NCBI GenBank assembly: GCA_963770935.1
Contig: CAVYRJ010000016.1
Location: forward strand, 1-64,000
Reading direction: 5' to 3'
From: Candidatus Bathyarchaeota archaeon
Lineage (GTDB): Archaea; Thermoproteota; Bathyarchaeia; Bathyarchaeales; Bathycorpusculaceae
DNA: 64,000 bases
The translations under genes and the position numbers were made by a program. Numbering within the stretch: the stretch's first letter is position 1; every line of letters starts with the position of its first letter. This document shows positions 62,881 through 64,000 of the stretch, piece after piece. The notes under the pieces were generated by a model. It worked only from the letters and a program-made list of their open reading frames with translations, made no database searches and was not told where the DNA came from.

Positions 62881-63591
62881 TTGACGGTTCTAATTCAACG
62901 GATTGAAGCACGTGAATCAGCGCAGTTAATTATTGCAGCATTAAATGAAGCGCCAGGAATAGGTCTCACTATCACCGAGATGAAGGACACTCTTGGCGAA
63001 ATTCCAGTATTAGTCGTGGATGGCAAAAGCAGTGACCGAACAGTTGAGGTAGCTAAGAATTTAGGGGCAAAAGTTGTTTATCAAGATGGAAAAGGCAAAG
63101 GCGATGCTTTAGCCAAATCTCTTGAAAACGTAGACCCAAACGTAAACTACATCATTCTTACTGACGCCGACTACACTTATCCCGCTGAATATGTTCCAGC
63201 GATGATAAGGATTCTCGATGAAAATCCGCTTGTCGGCATGGTGTGTGGCAACAGACTCAGCGGAAACATTGACAAAAAAGCATTACATAATATTTTCCAC
63301 ATAGGCAATCAACTACTAGCATGGGCTCATAAAATGCTAAACGGAGTGCCACTTCAAGACCCATTAACAGGACTACGAGTAATACGAACAGACATTTTGA
63401 AGGGGTGGGTTATAAAATCCAAAGGATTTGATATCGAAGTCGAATTAAACCAAATGGTGGAACGACGAGGCTTTGAGATTGCAGAAATACCTATTGCTTA
63501 TAGAGCACGCTTAGGCCAGAAAAAATTGAAAGTAAAACATGGCATCACAATACTCAAAAGAATACTGCTCGAAACAACCTTCAAGAATTGA
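62881..63591 (+). CDS. GT2 glycosyltransferase (dolichol-phosphate-sugar synthase-like)
   Basis: ALNEA, VDGKSSD, GKG, DAD, DPLTG, FDIEVE. Confidence 0.9.
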   Translation: MTVLIQRIEARESAQLIIAALNEAPGIGLTITEMKDTLGEIPVLVVDGKSSDRTVEVAKNLGAKVVYQDGKGKGDALAKSLENVDPNVNYIILTDADYTYPAEYVPAMIRILDENPLVGMVCGNRLSGNIDKKALHNIFHIGNQLLAWAHKMLNGVPLQDPLTGLRVIRTDILKGWVIKSKGFDIEVELNQMVERRGFEIAEIPIAYRARLGQKKLKVKHGITILKRILLETTFKN

Positions 63592-64000
63592 CAAACATCT
63601 CAGTCTTTATTTATACAAGTTTCTTGCCAAGTCCGTCCCCTATTCCATGGAGATTTTTTATGTCAGATTTGCCTATAGTTTTGTTCACAATGGTACAGCG
63701 GTGAAAATAACCACATTGAAAATTAAACCCATAATTGGCCCGAATATTCTGGTAATTTAAAGAAGAACATTTTTCATGGTTTACCACTTTCGAATTTTGC
63801 TTTTTCTTGGTTATAGTAGTTTTTCAATAGTATATTATCAAAACTTAGGAGATTTCCGCTTAAGCAAGATTATTATGAATTGGGAGTCTAAATGAAGCGT
63901 AGTAGAATAGTAAATAGGAAAGCAAGTCCGCATCCAATAGCGGCAAATCTCAGCCTGCTTTTTATAATTATGATTCTGCTTGAATATTCGGACGATACAC

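Noticed and set aside
1-64000. CRISPR array, cas genes, rRNA, intact transposase or integrase
   Set aside because: No regularly spaced direct repeats, rRNA-like stretches or recognisable catalytic motifs were found by eye

Overview
Archaeal chromosomal segment, most consistent with Bathyarchaeia. Support: archaeal uS12/uS7/P-stalk L12/EF-2, ATP-dependent DNA ligase, a BHB tRNA intron, two paralogous PQQ-like beta-propeller surface proteins and an HdrA-MvhD fusion. It is mostly housekeeping and envelope genes; no CRISPR array, rRNA or intact mobile element was seen. About 15 apparent indels split conserved genes (INO1, PGI/PMI, SPOUT methyltransferase, presenilin-like protease, HdrA and others) and are most likely sequencing or assembly errors. 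Most interesting: (i) three paralogous Pol-beta-type nucleotidyltransferases clustered with a CitG/MdcB homolog, resembling a prosthetic-group synthase plus transferase module; (ii) a cluster at 50.3-51.5 kb mostly missing from the ORF track, with a Cys-rich microprotein behind a long leader hairpin, a C/D-box sRNA whose D guide points by the N+5 rule at 16S C1402, and a eukaryote-type eL22 homolog; (iii) a tRNA-Trp intron with a K-turn and an antisense element to its own anticodon; (iv) a PadR-linked ABC exporter with a 1269-aa permease and an ATPase fused to a long helical domain. All family calls come from motif recognition by eye, not database searches.
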